Below the pieces are notes generated by a model. It was not told the origin of the DNA. It saw only the letters and a program-made list of their open reading frames with translations, and made no database searches. A stretch of DNA of 64,000 nucleotides from IMG/VR virus record IMGVR_UViG_3300044647_000866; one strand, 5' to 3'. The translations under genes and the position numbers were made by a program. This DNA comes from an uncultured virus (IMG/VR IMGVR_UViG_3300044647_000866) (Duplodnaviria; Heunggongvirae; Uroviricota; Caudoviricetes). Positions 16,628 to 26,234 of the stretch are shown one piece after another; the stretch's first letter is position 1, and each line of letters opens with the position of its first letter.

Positions 16628-17796
16628 TGGCTATCCGCCTCTTAGTTGAGCATGTAACCAACCTACAGGCGGTCGTGTCGACCCGTAGCCTGCGGGTTGT
16701 TGCACCCCAATTCAGAGCAGCAGAGGTTATAGTCACCCGTCCGGTTTACTCGGCGTTGCTGGCTTACCCGCTGTATCAGACTACGGTCAACTACCGGCGG
16801 CTGGTCAATTCGATCTACTTCCGAGACCTTCAAACATCGGAGCTGGTACTCGACCCGGATACGAAGAACCGATACCTCAAAGATACAGACGCTGTATCTT
16901 TTCTGGACGCGCTTTCGCTGGCTTTCGAACGCCCCCTGTCCAACCTGGCCCACCTGACCGAGCAGGCGGCTATCGGATACAGTAAGAACGTCGACGGCGA
17001 CGCACTTTTTACTTCTGATTTGGTACACGTCTTACTGATCATACAGCGCGAGTTTTTTGACTCGTTGTCGGTAGTAGAAGACCAGACGCTGCTCAGCGTC
17101 AATAAGCTTACCCAAGATGTTCTAGGCGCTTCAGACCAGATTAACTCATGGCAGGTAGCCAAGGAGCTTGCTAGCTCCGCTACCATGCAAGACCCCGGCC
17201 CTGCCCTTTCGGTATTTAAGGACGCTCTGGACGGTATTTCTACTGCCGATATTTATTCAGCTGTTGTTTCGTTCTCTCGTAGCTTCTTCGAGGAAGTGAC
17301 AGCGGTAAGCGATGTACGTCCGATCTTCGATCTTAACCTTGGCCCAGCCGAAGAACTGCTGCCTGTTGACTCGCTGGCCTACCTGTTTGAGACGTTTGCT
17401 GCTGACGAAGCATTAGTAACAGACACACCGTCCATCGATTACAGCCGCCCCGAGTCGGACACTCTGGCTGCCGATGACCTGTTTGAACGGGTCGTTGTGT
17501 ACAGCCGTGCGTTCAATGACGTGTTTACGCTCGATGACACGACCACCGTTGATGGCGTGATCAAAGACACCTACGCTGTTAAGACTAACGTTTTTGGTTT
17601 TTCTGACGAATCGGTCTTTGAGTTAGTAAAAGCTGCAGATGACGCCGTAGAAGCAACAGACTCGTTCTCGTATTCTGCAGAAAACTCTTTGGAAGACGTG
17701 TTCGTTGTGAACGAGTCTTTGGTCGTAGCGAAGAGGTCTACCGCTTCTTCGGTGCTAAACATCGGCGCTTTTAACTCAGCGCCATTCAATAACTAG
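16627..17796 (+). CDS. Tail-associated structural protein with acidic beta-repeats
   Basis: 389 aa, periodic D/hydrophobic pattern, C-terminal LN...FN..PFN. Confidence 0.6.
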   Translation: MAIRLLVEHVTNLQAVVSTRSLRVVAPQFRAAEVIVTRPVYSALLAYPLYQTTVNYRRLVNSIYFRDLQTSELVLDPDTKNRYLKDTDAVSFLDALSLAFERPLSNLAHLTEQAAIGYSKNVDGDALFTSDLVHVLLIIQREFFDSLSVVEDQTLLSVNKLTQDVLGASDQINSWQVAKELASSATMQDPGPALSVFKDALDGISTADIYSAVVSFSRSFFEEVTAVSDVRPIFDLNLGPAEELLPVDSLAYLFETFAADEALVTDTPSIDYSRPESDTLAADDLFERVVVYSRAFNDVFTLDDTTTVDGVIKDTYAVKTNVFGFSDESVFELVKAADDAVEATDSFSYSAENSLEDVFVVNESLVVAKRSTASSVLNIGAFNSAPFNN

Positions 17797-17806
17797 GAGA
17801 ACTCCT

Positions 17807-18232
17807 ATGCTGTCTGATGATCTGAAAATGAAAGGACATCTGACCATCGCGCTGAATGGCGAGACGGTTTTTGATGTACCTAACATTGTTGTTACTACGG
17901 GCAAGAACTTTGTTGCTAGCCGTATTAAGGACACTACGTCGGCCGCCATGTCCCACATGGGCATCGGCACCAACTCGACTGCCGCTGTTGCTGGCGACAC
18001 TGCCCTCGGAGCCGAAGCCGCTCGTGTGGCTTTGACCTCGACCACGGTGACGAACAACGTCGTAGCGTACGTCGCTTCGTTTCCTGCCGGGACTGGTACC
18101 GGTGCGATTACCGAGGCTGGCCTGTTCAACGCTAATACTGCTGGTACGATGTTCTGCCGCACGACGTTTGCTGTGGTCAACAAAGGTGCTTCTGACTCGA
18201 TGACGATTACTTGGAGCGTTACGGTTTCCTAA
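17807..18232 (+). CDS. Tail structural protein
   Basis: NIVVTTGK...MGIGT..TAAVAGDTALGAE...ITEAGLFNA...F.VVNK...ITW motifs; AGGAG SD. Confidence 0.75.
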   Translation: MLSDDLKMKGHLTIALNGETVFDVPNIVVTTGKNFVASRIKDTTSAAMSHMGIGTNSTAAVAGDTALGAEAARVALTSTTVTNNVVAYVASFPAGTGTGAITEAGLFNANTAGTMFCRTTFAVVNKGASDSMTITWSVTVS

Positions 18233-18257
18233 GTAAGTTGTTATCGAGGGGCTAGCT

Positions 18258-21200
18258 ATGTCAGTAAAATTTAGTAACAACGCAACTACCGAACTTGCCT
18301 CTTCTATCGGCACGTCGGATACATCCATAACGGTAGTAGACGGTTCTAAGTTTCCGATCCTGACGGCGGGGGACCACACCTACGTCACGTTGGATACTGA
18401 CACCGCCAGTCCTACTCGCGAGATCGTCCGTGTCACTGCCGTTTCTGGCAACGTGCTCACGGTCACTCGCGGTCAGGATGGCACTAGCCCGGCTTCCTTT
18501 GCTGCCGGTACCAAGGTAGAGCTGCGCCTTACGGCTGCTCTACTGAACGACGTCGCTGGGGCAAACCCGTCTGGCGAGCCTATCGGCTTTCCGGACAAGT
18601 CCCAGACGACTATCACGTTTGACAGCGGCATACGCACATTCTCGATCACCCCGACTGGGGCGTCGTTCGACGTCTACTGTAAGGGTGTTAAGTACACGTA
18701 CACGACCGTCCAGCTGGTAACTATCCCTAACACCACTGGCCTGCACTTTATCTATTTCAGCGCTTCGGGCGTTCTCTCGACGCAGATGAGTTACTTTACG
18801 TGGGCGGAGCATGCTCCTACCGCGTACGTGTATTGGAACGCGACTACTCAACAAGCCATCTATTTCGGCGATGAGCGCCACGGCATTACGCTTGATTGGC
18901 AGACCCATGAGTACCTTCACCGTACTCGCGGCGCTGCTATCGCGAATGGTTTCTTGGCTAGTGGCTATACGCTGAACAACTCAGCTACCGATGCGGCGAC
19001 GCAGATTGCAATTGAGTCTGGTACGTTCTTTGACGAGGACATGAAGATCGACATCGTGTCGACTGCTACGCCTACCGCTGGTACATACCAACAGAACTTG
19101 TTGTTCCCCGCGAAGATTCCAGTCCTGCACTTGCAAGGCACTTCGTGGGTCATGGATGCGCCCACAGATTTCCCATTTAAGCAGGGCACATCCAGACCAC
19201 AGTACAACTCAGTCTCAGGTGGTGTTTGGAGTACGGCGGACGTTGGCAACAACCAACACGCTACGACATGGATTCTGGCCACAAACAATTTAACGTACCC
19301 CGTTATTGCAATCATCGGTCAATCTGCTACCGATAATTTGGGCGAGGCTGAAGCGTTTTCCTTTGCTGATTTAACGCTCACAGGGTTCCCATCAGTTGAG
19401 TTTAGGCCGCTGTACAAACTGATTTATAAAGCTTCAGACGGCTACGCAAATAGCGTGAACGCCCAACTCGTCAGTATTGTCGATTTGCGTTCGATCTCCG
19501 CAGTTGGCTCCGTCGCAAACCCTGCTACTGACCACGGTAACTTGTCTGGTTTGTCTGACGACGATCACGCCCAGTACCTGCATGTCTCTGAAGTCCGCAG
19601 CCCGACTCAGGCTGTTAAGAACAGCTTTCTGCCTTCGCAGACCAGCAACACTGGAAAGTATCTCAGCACTGATGGCACTAATCCGTCTTGGGTCGCCATT
19701 CCGTCTGGCTCTCTGGACTTCACAGGCGATGTCACGGGAACTGGCACGACTGGCTCGCCTGTCGCCCTGACGCTCGCCAACAGCGGCGTTACGACCGGTA
19801 CGTACTCTAAGGTCACCGTTGACGCCAAGGGTCGCGTCACAAGCGGTGCGAACATTGCCTCTAGCGATGTTACGACTGCTCTTGGCTTCACCCCTGAGAA
19901 TGTTGCCAACAAGGCTGTTGCGAATGGCTATGCGTCACTCGACAGCTCTGGCAAGGTTCCATCAAACCAGCTTCCGTCTTACGTGGACGACGTTATCGAA
20001 GTTGCGAACTATGCAGCGCTTCCCGGTACTGGCGAAACTGGCAAGATCTATATCACGATATCTGACTCAAAGACCTACCGCTGGTCTGGGTCTGCGTATG
20101 TAGAGATTACAGCGTCACCCGGAAGCACTGACGCCGTTCCTGAAGGCAGCACTAACCTGTACTTCACGAATGCTCGTGCTAGAGCGGCTGTTAGTGCGTC
20201 AGGATCTTTGAGCTACAGCACACTGACTGGCGTGTTTTCATATACGCAGCCGACAAATGTCAGTACGTTTACGAACGACAGCGGATACCTGACTGGCATC
20301 ACTGGCGCACAGGTAACGACCGCTCTCGGGTATACGCCTCCGCAACCTAACGGAACTGGGGCGAGCGGCACATGGAACATTTCCATCAGTGGTAATGCCG
20401 CAACCGTCAGCAGCATTACTAGCGGTCAGGTAACTACGGCGCTTGGCTATACGCCGTACAACGCGACTAACCCTGCTGGTTACACGACCAATGTTGGAAC
20501 GGTCACCTCTGTAAGCGGAACTGGAACTGTTTCTGGGCTGACTCTTACTGGGTCTGTCACAAGCAGCGGCAGTCTGACCCTTGGCGGAACGCTGACGCTG
20601 ACTTCTGGTCAGGTGACTACAGCTCTTGGTTATACGCCGTACAACAGCACGAACCCTAGCGGGTACATCACAAGCTCATCGCTGTCGAGCTATCTGCCGT
20701 TAAGCGGCGGGACTCTGACCGGAGACCTCCGCATAGATTCGAATTGGGGGTCTGGCACGTTTAACGAGCAGTTAATCATCTACGGGACTTATCCGTCGAT
20801 GACGTTCCGCAGCACGACGAGCGATACAGGCTGGCTTGTTCACACGCAGAGCGACGGTGGGCTTACGTACTACAGCATCGCCGGAGCATCAACCAACAAC
20901 TGGACGCAGCAAATGACGCTGCTGACAAATGGTGAGCTTCGCAAAGGCGGCGCTTCCGGTAATCTGTACATTCACACCGGAAACGTCGGCACCTACGCTC
21001 TGCCGTTGAGCGGCGGCACAATCTCCGGAACACTGTCCGTCTCCTCTGCGTACGGCACAATGGCTGCAGTCAAGGGCAGCTATTTCGGATACTCAGCAAG
21101 TTACGGCGCAATTATTCTTGGTTCGACCGCATCGAATCAGACGACTTGCATCGGCGTTGATCCGATCGGAAATGCCAGCGGATCGTTTAGCGGGGTCGGT

Positions 21201-23960
21201 GGCGAGGTGATGTTCCGAAATGACGTGCGATTCATCACGCCGAACAGCTCAAACAACGGGTATCACTTAAACGTCATAGCCATGTCCGGCGGTAACGTCG
21301 GTATTGGTCAAGCGGCGGATGCCGGTCACCGGCTTATTGTAAGCGGAAACATCTACGCAAACTCTGGAAATATCTACGCAGAGAATCGAGTTTACTCACG
21401 TCACGGCACAGGAACTTTCTACGAATCCCTGACAGCCGGAAACTACACTGATTACGCCCCGACAAAGACGGGTGGCTACGCCAGCGGTACGTGGTCAATC
21501 AACGTCACCGGCAATGCGGCGACGGTAGCAAACCTCGCCCCGGCGCAGTTCTTCAATAACATGGGGAACAACCACAGCACGTACACAGACTTTAACAACG
21601 TGCCGGGATTCGGCGCGTACTACGTACAGCAAGGCGGCAACAGCCCAACCGGAACGGCAAGTCACCAGTGGTATGGCTTCACGCTTGGTCTCGGTAACGA
21701 CTACGCGCTTTCGTCGTACGGCTCGCAGATGTACTACCCGCGACGCGCACAGAACAGCGACACGTACATCTATGTGCGAGACAGGGAGGGGGGTAGCTGG
21801 ACTTCGTGGACGAAGATTAAAGCTGGATACGCAGACTCCGCTGGCACGGCAGATCAGATCGACGGCTGGGGTTTTGTAAACACCGGATCGAACGCTAGCG
21901 TAAATGCAGACAATATCGATAGTAACGGCATCTCCTACTACACCGCTGGTGTTCCGAATTTCTCTGGCAACGCTTCAGACGGTGCTTTGTACTCTCAAGC
22001 GTATAGCGGCTCATGGCAGCACCAGATAGCAGGTGATTACCGCTCAGGGCAGATCGCGATTCGCGGAAAGAACGCCGGCAACTGGCAGGCGTGGCGTACT
22101 GTTCTCGATAGCTCGAACGTCGGCTCGTACGCCCTCGCGAACGGCGCTGGCGGCGTTACGATCGGAAATGGCAGCGCCAGTGAAGTAGATGTTGCCTACA
22201 ATTCTGCCAACGGAAATTGGCAGGTAGGCGTTAATAACTACTACGGCACTAACGCATTTTTCTGGTATAGGGACGGCACAAGCTACCGTGCGGCGCTAAC
22301 ACAAGAAGCTCACATGTTGATCGAGGGATCGTCCCGTGCGCCTATCTTCTACGACTATAACAACACTGGCTATTACACAGACCCGGCAAGCACAAGTCGC
22401 CTTAACGATCTCCGTCCGATAAAAATAACCCGCGCTGCTCACGCAGAGGGATTCCTTGAAGGCTCCTACAACAATGTCGGCGGCAATTCCGCATACACGA
22501 ACCCAATCTACACAATCGGCTCTTCGTATAACCCGACGGATAGCTCGCTTTCAAACATGTACGGAATCGGCTACGCGCACCCAAATCTTTGGGGTGGCGG
22601 GAACAGAACGTCAGACTGGGGGCTTTATGTAGCGGCAGCCGGTTCAATTAAGGCAACGCTCGGTGCAGGATCGATTACTGCGTGGTTTGAGAACATAGCA
22701 TTCGCCGACGGAAGCTTCAGATCGCCGATTTTCTATGACAGCAACAATACGGCGTACTACACAGACCCGACAAGCGTATCCCGCTTAAATGAAGTTCAGT
22801 CGGATCGCACGTACGGCTTTACCGACATTCGATCGCCGATTTATTACGACTACAACAACACCGGGTACTACATCGACGCGGCTAGTACATCAGTTCTGAA
22901 CCGTATTAGCACGGTCAGGGCTGATAACTGGCTATATCTCGACAACAACTACGGTCACAGCGTCGTCGGCGTTTACGCGTCTACTCGCCTGCAAGGCGTG
23001 TGGGCAATGGGCGACTCTTACAAGCTTGCGGCAGACGGCACAAGCGGCGGGTCGCTTTATGGCATTGCGTGGTCGCACCCGAACGCTGGCGGTGTCGCGG
23101 CAAACCTCGCTTCGCACGGAATGCTCATACTTGAAAACGGATCGTTCAAGGGAGCTTGGGGTGGCGGAAGTCTTAGGACTCCGGGCGATGTTCGCGGAAC
23201 AATCTTTTACGACTGGGATAACACTGGTTACTACTGCAATCCAGATGGAAATAGCTACTTATACAGCCTGACCTTGGCTGGCGGGGCGTACTTCCGACCT
23301 TCGACTTGGATTCAGATGGACGGGTCATACGGAATTTATTGGCCCAATCACTATGGTGTGCATTTTTATCCGAATGCTAGCTCCACTTACACTCAGCTAC
23401 AGATAGACGGTAGCAAAAACTCGTATAGCGGCATGTACATTTCCCATAGCGCCGTCAACGGGATGATGTACGACAGCGGTGGTAACGGCGGCGTTTACCG
23501 CGAAGCTAATGGGCGTTGGTATTTCTACTACCTCGTCGGCAATACTTGCATGGGTATCAACACGTCAACAACGTCGTCCTCTTATGGGCTGTACGTTTCT
23601 GGCGGTATCTACTCGACAGGCAACGTGGTCGCGTACTCGGACGCTCGACGCAAGGCGAATGTTGTCACCGTTGGTGGCGCACTCGATAAGGTGGCGCAAC
23701 TGCGCGGCGTGTACTACACCCGCATCCCCGGTGAAGACGACGAAAAGACCGACCCGAATCGCCGCGAGATCGGCGTGATCGCTCAGGAGGTCAATGAGAT
23801 ACTGCCTGAAGTTGTCACCTACGCGGCGGACATCGATGAGTACGGTGTACAGTACGGCAACTTCGCTGGTCTGTTCATCGAGGCAATAAAGGAACTGAAG
23901 TCACAGGTGGCTACGCTGAACGCGGAAGTCGCCGAGCTTCGCGGGAGGACTTTACAGTGA
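18258..23960 (+). CDS. Long tail fibre with C-terminal S74-type intramolecular chaperone
   Basis: 1900 aa, G/S/T/Y-rich with internal repeats; C-terminal YSDARRKANV...LRGVYY...IGVIAQEV...PEVV...LFIEAIKEL. Confidence 0.88.
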   Translation: MSVKFSNNATTELASSIGTSDTSITVVDGSKFPILTAGDHTYVTLDTDTASPTREIVRVTAVSGNVLTVTRGQDGTSPASFAAGTKVELRLTAALLNDVAGANPSGEPIGFPDKSQTTITFDSGIRTFSITPTGASFDVYCKGVKYTYTTVQLVTIPNTTGLHFIYFSASGVLSTQMSYFTWAEHAPTAYVYWNATTQQAIYFGDERHGITLDWQTHEYLHRTRGAAIANGFLASGYTLNNSATDAATQIAIESGTFFDEDMKIDIVSTATPTAGTYQQNLLFPAKIPVLHLQGTSWVMDAPTDFPFKQGTSRPQYNSVSGGVWSTADVGNNQHATTWILATNNLTYPVIAIIGQSATDNLGEAEAFSFADLTLTGFPSVEFRPLYKLIYKASDGYANSVNAQLVSIVDLRSISAVGSVANPATDHGNLSGLSDDDHAQYLHVSEVRSPTQAVKNSFLPSQTSNTGKYLSTDGTNPSWVAIPSGSLDFTGDVTGTGTTGSPVALTLANSGVTTGTYSKVTVDAKGRVTSGANIASSDVTTALGFTPENVANKAVANGYASLDSSGKVPSNQLPSYVDDVIEVANYAALPGTGETGKIYITISDSKTYRWSGSAYVEITASPGSTDAVPEGSTNLYFTNARARAAVSASGSLSYSTLTGVFSYTQPTNVSTFTNDSGYLTGITGAQVTTALGYTPPQPNGTGASGTWNISISGNAATVSSITSGQVTTALGYTPYNATNPAGYTTNVGTVTSVSGTGTVSGLTLTGSVTSSGSLTLGGTLTLTSGQVTTALGYTPYNSTNPSGYITSSSLSSYLPLSGGTLTGDLRIDSNWGSGTFNEQLIIYGTYPSMTFRSTTSDTGWLVHTQSDGGLTYYSIAGASTNNWTQQMTLLTNGELRKGGASGNLYIHTGNVGTYALPLSGGTISGTLSVSSAYGTMAAVKGSYFGYSASYGAIILGSTASNQTTCIGVDPIGNASGSFSGVGGEVMFRNDVRFITPNSSNNGYHLNVIAMSGGNVGIGQAADAGHRLIVSGNIYANSGNIYAENRVYSRHGTGTFYESLTAGNYTDYAPTKTGGYASGTWSINVTGNAATVANLAPAQFFNNMGNNHSTYTDFNNVPGFGAYYVQQGGNSPTGTASHQWYGFTLGLGNDYALSSYGSQMYYPRRAQNSDTYIYVRDREGGSWTSWTKIKAGYADSAGTADQIDGWGFVNTGSNASVNADNIDSNGISYYTAGVPNFSGNASDGALYSQAYSGSWQHQIAGDYRSGQIAIRGKNAGNWQAWRTVLDSSNVGSYALANGAGGVTIGNGSASEVDVAYNSANGNWQVGVNNYYGTNAFFWYRDGTSYRAALTQEAHMLIEGSSRAPIFYDYNNTGYYTDPASTSRLNDLRPIKITRAAHAEGFLEGSYNNVGGNSAYTNPIYTIGSSYNPTDSSLSNMYGIGYAHPNLWGGGNRTSDWGLYVAAAGSIKATLGAGSITAWFENIAFADGSFRSPIFYDSNNTAYYTDPTSVSRLNEVQSDRTYGFTDIRSPIYYDYNNTGYYIDAASTSVLNRISTVRADNWLYLDNNYGHSVVGVYASTRLQGVWAMGDSYKLAADGTSGGSLYGIAWSHPNAGGVAANLASHGMLILENGSFKGAWGGGSLRTPGDVRGTIFYDWDNTGYYCNPDGNSYLYSLTLAGGAYFRPSTWIQMDGSYGIYWPNHYGVHFYPNASSTYTQLQIDGSKNSYSGMYISHSAVNGMMYDSGGNGGVYREANGRWYFYYLVGNTCMGINTSTTSSSYGLYVSGGIYSTGNVVAYSDARRKANVVTVGGALDKVAQLRGVYYTRIPGEDDEKTDPNRREIGVIAQEVNEILPEVVTYAADIDEYGVQYGNFAGLFIEAIKELKSQVATLNAEVAELRGRTLQ

Positions 23961-24298
23961 GCATCGCTTACCACTTTGCTATTCGACAGACGAACAAGAC
24001 GAATGTCGGGTCATTGTCTGGCGTGGTGACGCACATCCACTTTGACTACGTTGGCACAAGTCAAAGTGGACGCACTGTGATTTGTCAGGGCGTTGTGCCG
24101 TTCACGGTCGCAGACAGGACAATCGACACGGCTGATGGAGAGAAGGTCATTAAGGGCGATCTAAATCCGAATAGTTTTATACCAGCGCCTGAAGTTACCG
24201 AGTCCGTCCTGCTTTCGTGGATCGAAGAACGAGTCCCTGCTGCAACGATTCAACTTTTTCAGAAACACATATCTGAGCGACTTGCTGACGAGGAGTAA
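23957..24298 (+). CDS. Tail-fibre-associated small protein (paralog 1)
   Basis: GVVTHIHF...FIPAPEVTESVLLSWI, similar to the next two ORFs. Confidence 0.6.
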   Translation: MSIAYHFAIRQTNKTNVGSLSGVVTHIHFDYVGTSQSGRTVICQGVVPFTVADRTIDTADGEKVIKGDLNPNSFIPAPEVTESVLLSWIEERVPAATIQLFQKHISERLADEE

Positions 24299-24301
24299 AA
24301 A

Positions 24302-24676
24302 ATGTCTATGACTTATACGTGGAAAGTGACCGGCATCAAGGTCAAGGACGAGGTTAACGCTCAGGGCGTAACTCTTCCGCAGGCCGTATGCCAGACATAC
24401 TGGGTGAAGACCGGCGTGGATGCGAACGGGAACGAAGGCTCCTTCGCCGGGGCGACCCCGTTTACCGCGCAGACCGTGCCGTCTGACCAGTTTGTCCCGT
24501 TTAACCAGCTTACCGAAGAGGTTGTCCTCGGCTGGATCAAGGCTGTTGTGGTCGGTCATTACGAGCAACATGTCAATGATGCTATCGCCGAAAGCATCCG
24601 AATCAAATCTGTTACGGAACCCGCTATGCCGTGGGCGGCTCCGCAGTCCGAGCCAAACACGCCGCCTGCTGAGTAA
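24302..24676 (+). CDS. Tail-fibre-associated small protein (paralog 2)
   Basis: TYTWKVT...FVPFNQLTEEVVLGWI...AMPW. Confidence 0.7.
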   Translation: MSMTYTWKVTGIKVKDEVNAQGVTLPQAVCQTYWVKTGVDANGNEGSFAGATPFTAQTVPSDQFVPFNQLTEEVVLGWIKAVVVGHYEQHVNDAIAESIRIKSVTEPAMPWAAPQSEPNTPPAE

Positions 24677-24688
24677 TCGGAGCAGGGA

Positions 24689-25009
24689 ATGGCTGTCACA
24701 TATACCTACGCTATCAACGGGCTTCGCGTCTCTACTCAGGGCGGACTCTCCGATGTGGTACGTGAGATCGATGTGAACGTATGGGGCTATGACGGAGACT
24801 TCGCGTTTCACATGCCGGTTACTGTCCGGCTGCCTGCGGCTAATCCGGATAGCTTCACGGCATTCGATTCGCTTTCTGAGGCACAAGCAGTCGCGTGGAT
24901 TGACGCGAGTACTTCGACAGCTCACGCAAAGAACCACATTGCAAATGTTCTTTCTCGCATGATTGAGGATGCGGCAATGCAGGCCAAGCCGCTTCCGTGG
25001 GGGCGGTAA
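24689..25009 (+). CDS. Tail-fibre-associated small protein (paralog 3)
   Basis: TYTYAIN...FTAFDSLSEAQAVAWI...PLPW. Confidence 0.7.
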   Translation: MAVTYTYAINGLRVSTQGGLSDVVREIDVNVWGYDGDFAFHMPVTVRLPAANPDSFTAFDSLSEAQAVAWIDASTSTAHAKNHIANVLSRMIEDAAMQAKPLPWGR

Positions 25010-25012
25010 GGC

Positions 25013-25948
25013 ATGCCATTACAGTCGTCTGGCGAGATCAGCATGTCGCAGATCAACGCGGAGTTTGGTCGCGGCAATGACTTGAACTCGTATCGCGGGA
25101 CATCGCACGCCAGCGGTACATTCCCAAGTGGGACGATTGCGTTCAGTGATTTCTATGGCAAAAGCGTCCCGCCGTCAGGCGGTACGTTTAGCCCTGACGG
25201 CAGCACGTCATCCAGCAGCCGTGTTTTGGTTCAGGATTATTTCTATGGAGAAGCAGGCGGCACAGCGCAAGCCTCCATTTCATGCACCCAGTCCGCTTCA
25301 TGGACATGGACCAGAGTCGCTGGCTCATTTGGAGCCGGTCAGGTTGACGGAAGCACTCTAGTTGCATCCGGCAGCGGGACAGGCAATACGGCGAACTTCG
25401 TCCTAGGCACTGGGTTTAATGCATATCGAATAGCCGAGTTCGAGGTCAACGCGACGTCGGGTAGTAACACCCGGTATTGGCGCGTTTACCTTGAGACCGA
25501 GTACACGGGATGCCCGTTCTGCTGTTTCACGCCTGACACCCTCATCCTGATGGGCGATGGGTCACTCAAGGCGATCGGCGAGGTGCGGGTCGGCGACTTC
25601 ATCCTCACGTACAGCGAGGAGCTGAAGATCAATGTCGCCGTGCCGGTAACTGAGGTCATCGTTCGCGCCGACCGCCCGATGTACCAGTACACCTTTGAGG
25701 ACGGCTCTACGCTCAAGGCGTCCGAGGAACACCCGCTGTATATCCTCGGCAAGGGGTATGCGTCCCTCGTCCCGGTCCCTGAGTACAAGGACATGGGTCT
25801 CGCGAAGGTCGTCGAGCTTGGGGACAGCGTTGTGAACGAGCTTGGCAGCCCTAAAAAGATCGAGAAGATCGAACGCATCTCATACGCCGGGGCTGTTTAC
25901 ACGTTCGGCAACACGCGGTTCTACGCCAACGGCATTTTGGTGTACTAA
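25013..25948 (+). CDS. Tail tip/adhesin-like protein with C-terminal Hint domain
   Basis: N-terminal LQSSGEISMSQINAEFG...GTIAFSDFYGK; Hint motifs CFTPDTLILMGDGSLKAIGEVRVGD, SEEHPLY and FYANGILV. Confidence 0.8.
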   Translation: MPLQSSGEISMSQINAEFGRGNDLNSYRGTSHASGTFPSGTIAFSDFYGKSVPPSGGTFSPDGSTSSSSRVLVQDYFYGEAGGTAQASISCTQSASWTWTRVAGSFGAGQVDGSTLVASGSGTGNTANFVLGTGFNAYRIAEFEVNATSGSNTRYWRVYLETEYTGCPFCCFTPDTLILMGDGSLKAIGEVRVGDFILTYSEELKINVAVPVTEVIVRADRPMYQYTFEDGSTLKASEEHPLYILGKGYASLVPVPEYKDMGLAKVVELGDSVVNELGSPKKIEKIERISYAGAVYTFGNTRFYANGILVY

Positions 25949-25999
25949 GTCTTATAATGTTAACTGTTTGTATTTGCTTGGATTAAACAGGAGATGACG

Positions 26000-26167
26000 A
26001 TGAATAGCTTGAAGTTTGAAGTGTCGATGGAGGAAGCGAACCTGTTGATCGCGGCCCTTGCCAAGCAGCCTTTCGAGGCGGTGGCTGGCCTGATCCAGAA
26101 GCTGCAGGGGCAGGCCCAGTCGCAGATGTCGCAGGCTCCTTCCGTCGAAGAGGCTCCCAAGGCCTAA
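26000..26167 (+). CDS. Small helical protein (absent from ORF track)
   Basis: MNSLKFEVSMEEANLLIAALAKQPFEAVAGLIQKLQGQAQ...; AGGAG SD; alternative start 25994. Confidence 0.7.
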   Translation: MNSLKFEVSMEEANLLIAALAKQPFEAVAGLIQKLQGQAQSQMSQAPSVEEAPKA

Positions 26168-26172
26168 AATGT

Positions 26173-26200
26173 ATGGGGGCAGAAATGCCCCCGTCTTTTT
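26173..26200 (+). terminator. Intrinsic terminator
   Basis: GGGGGCA-GAAA-TGCCCCC followed by GTCTTTTT. Confidence 0.75.
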
Positions 26201-26234
26201 AGGAGGCCCACCTATTCTCATCTAGGAAGAAAAC

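Noticed and set aside
25523..25948. Mobile intein
   Set aside because: No terminal Asn, C-extein or homing endonuclease; treated as a Hint domain.
25930..25958. Promoter at TATAAT 25953 making the 26000-26167 gene a moron
   Set aside because: No -35 or extended -10 at the right spacing.
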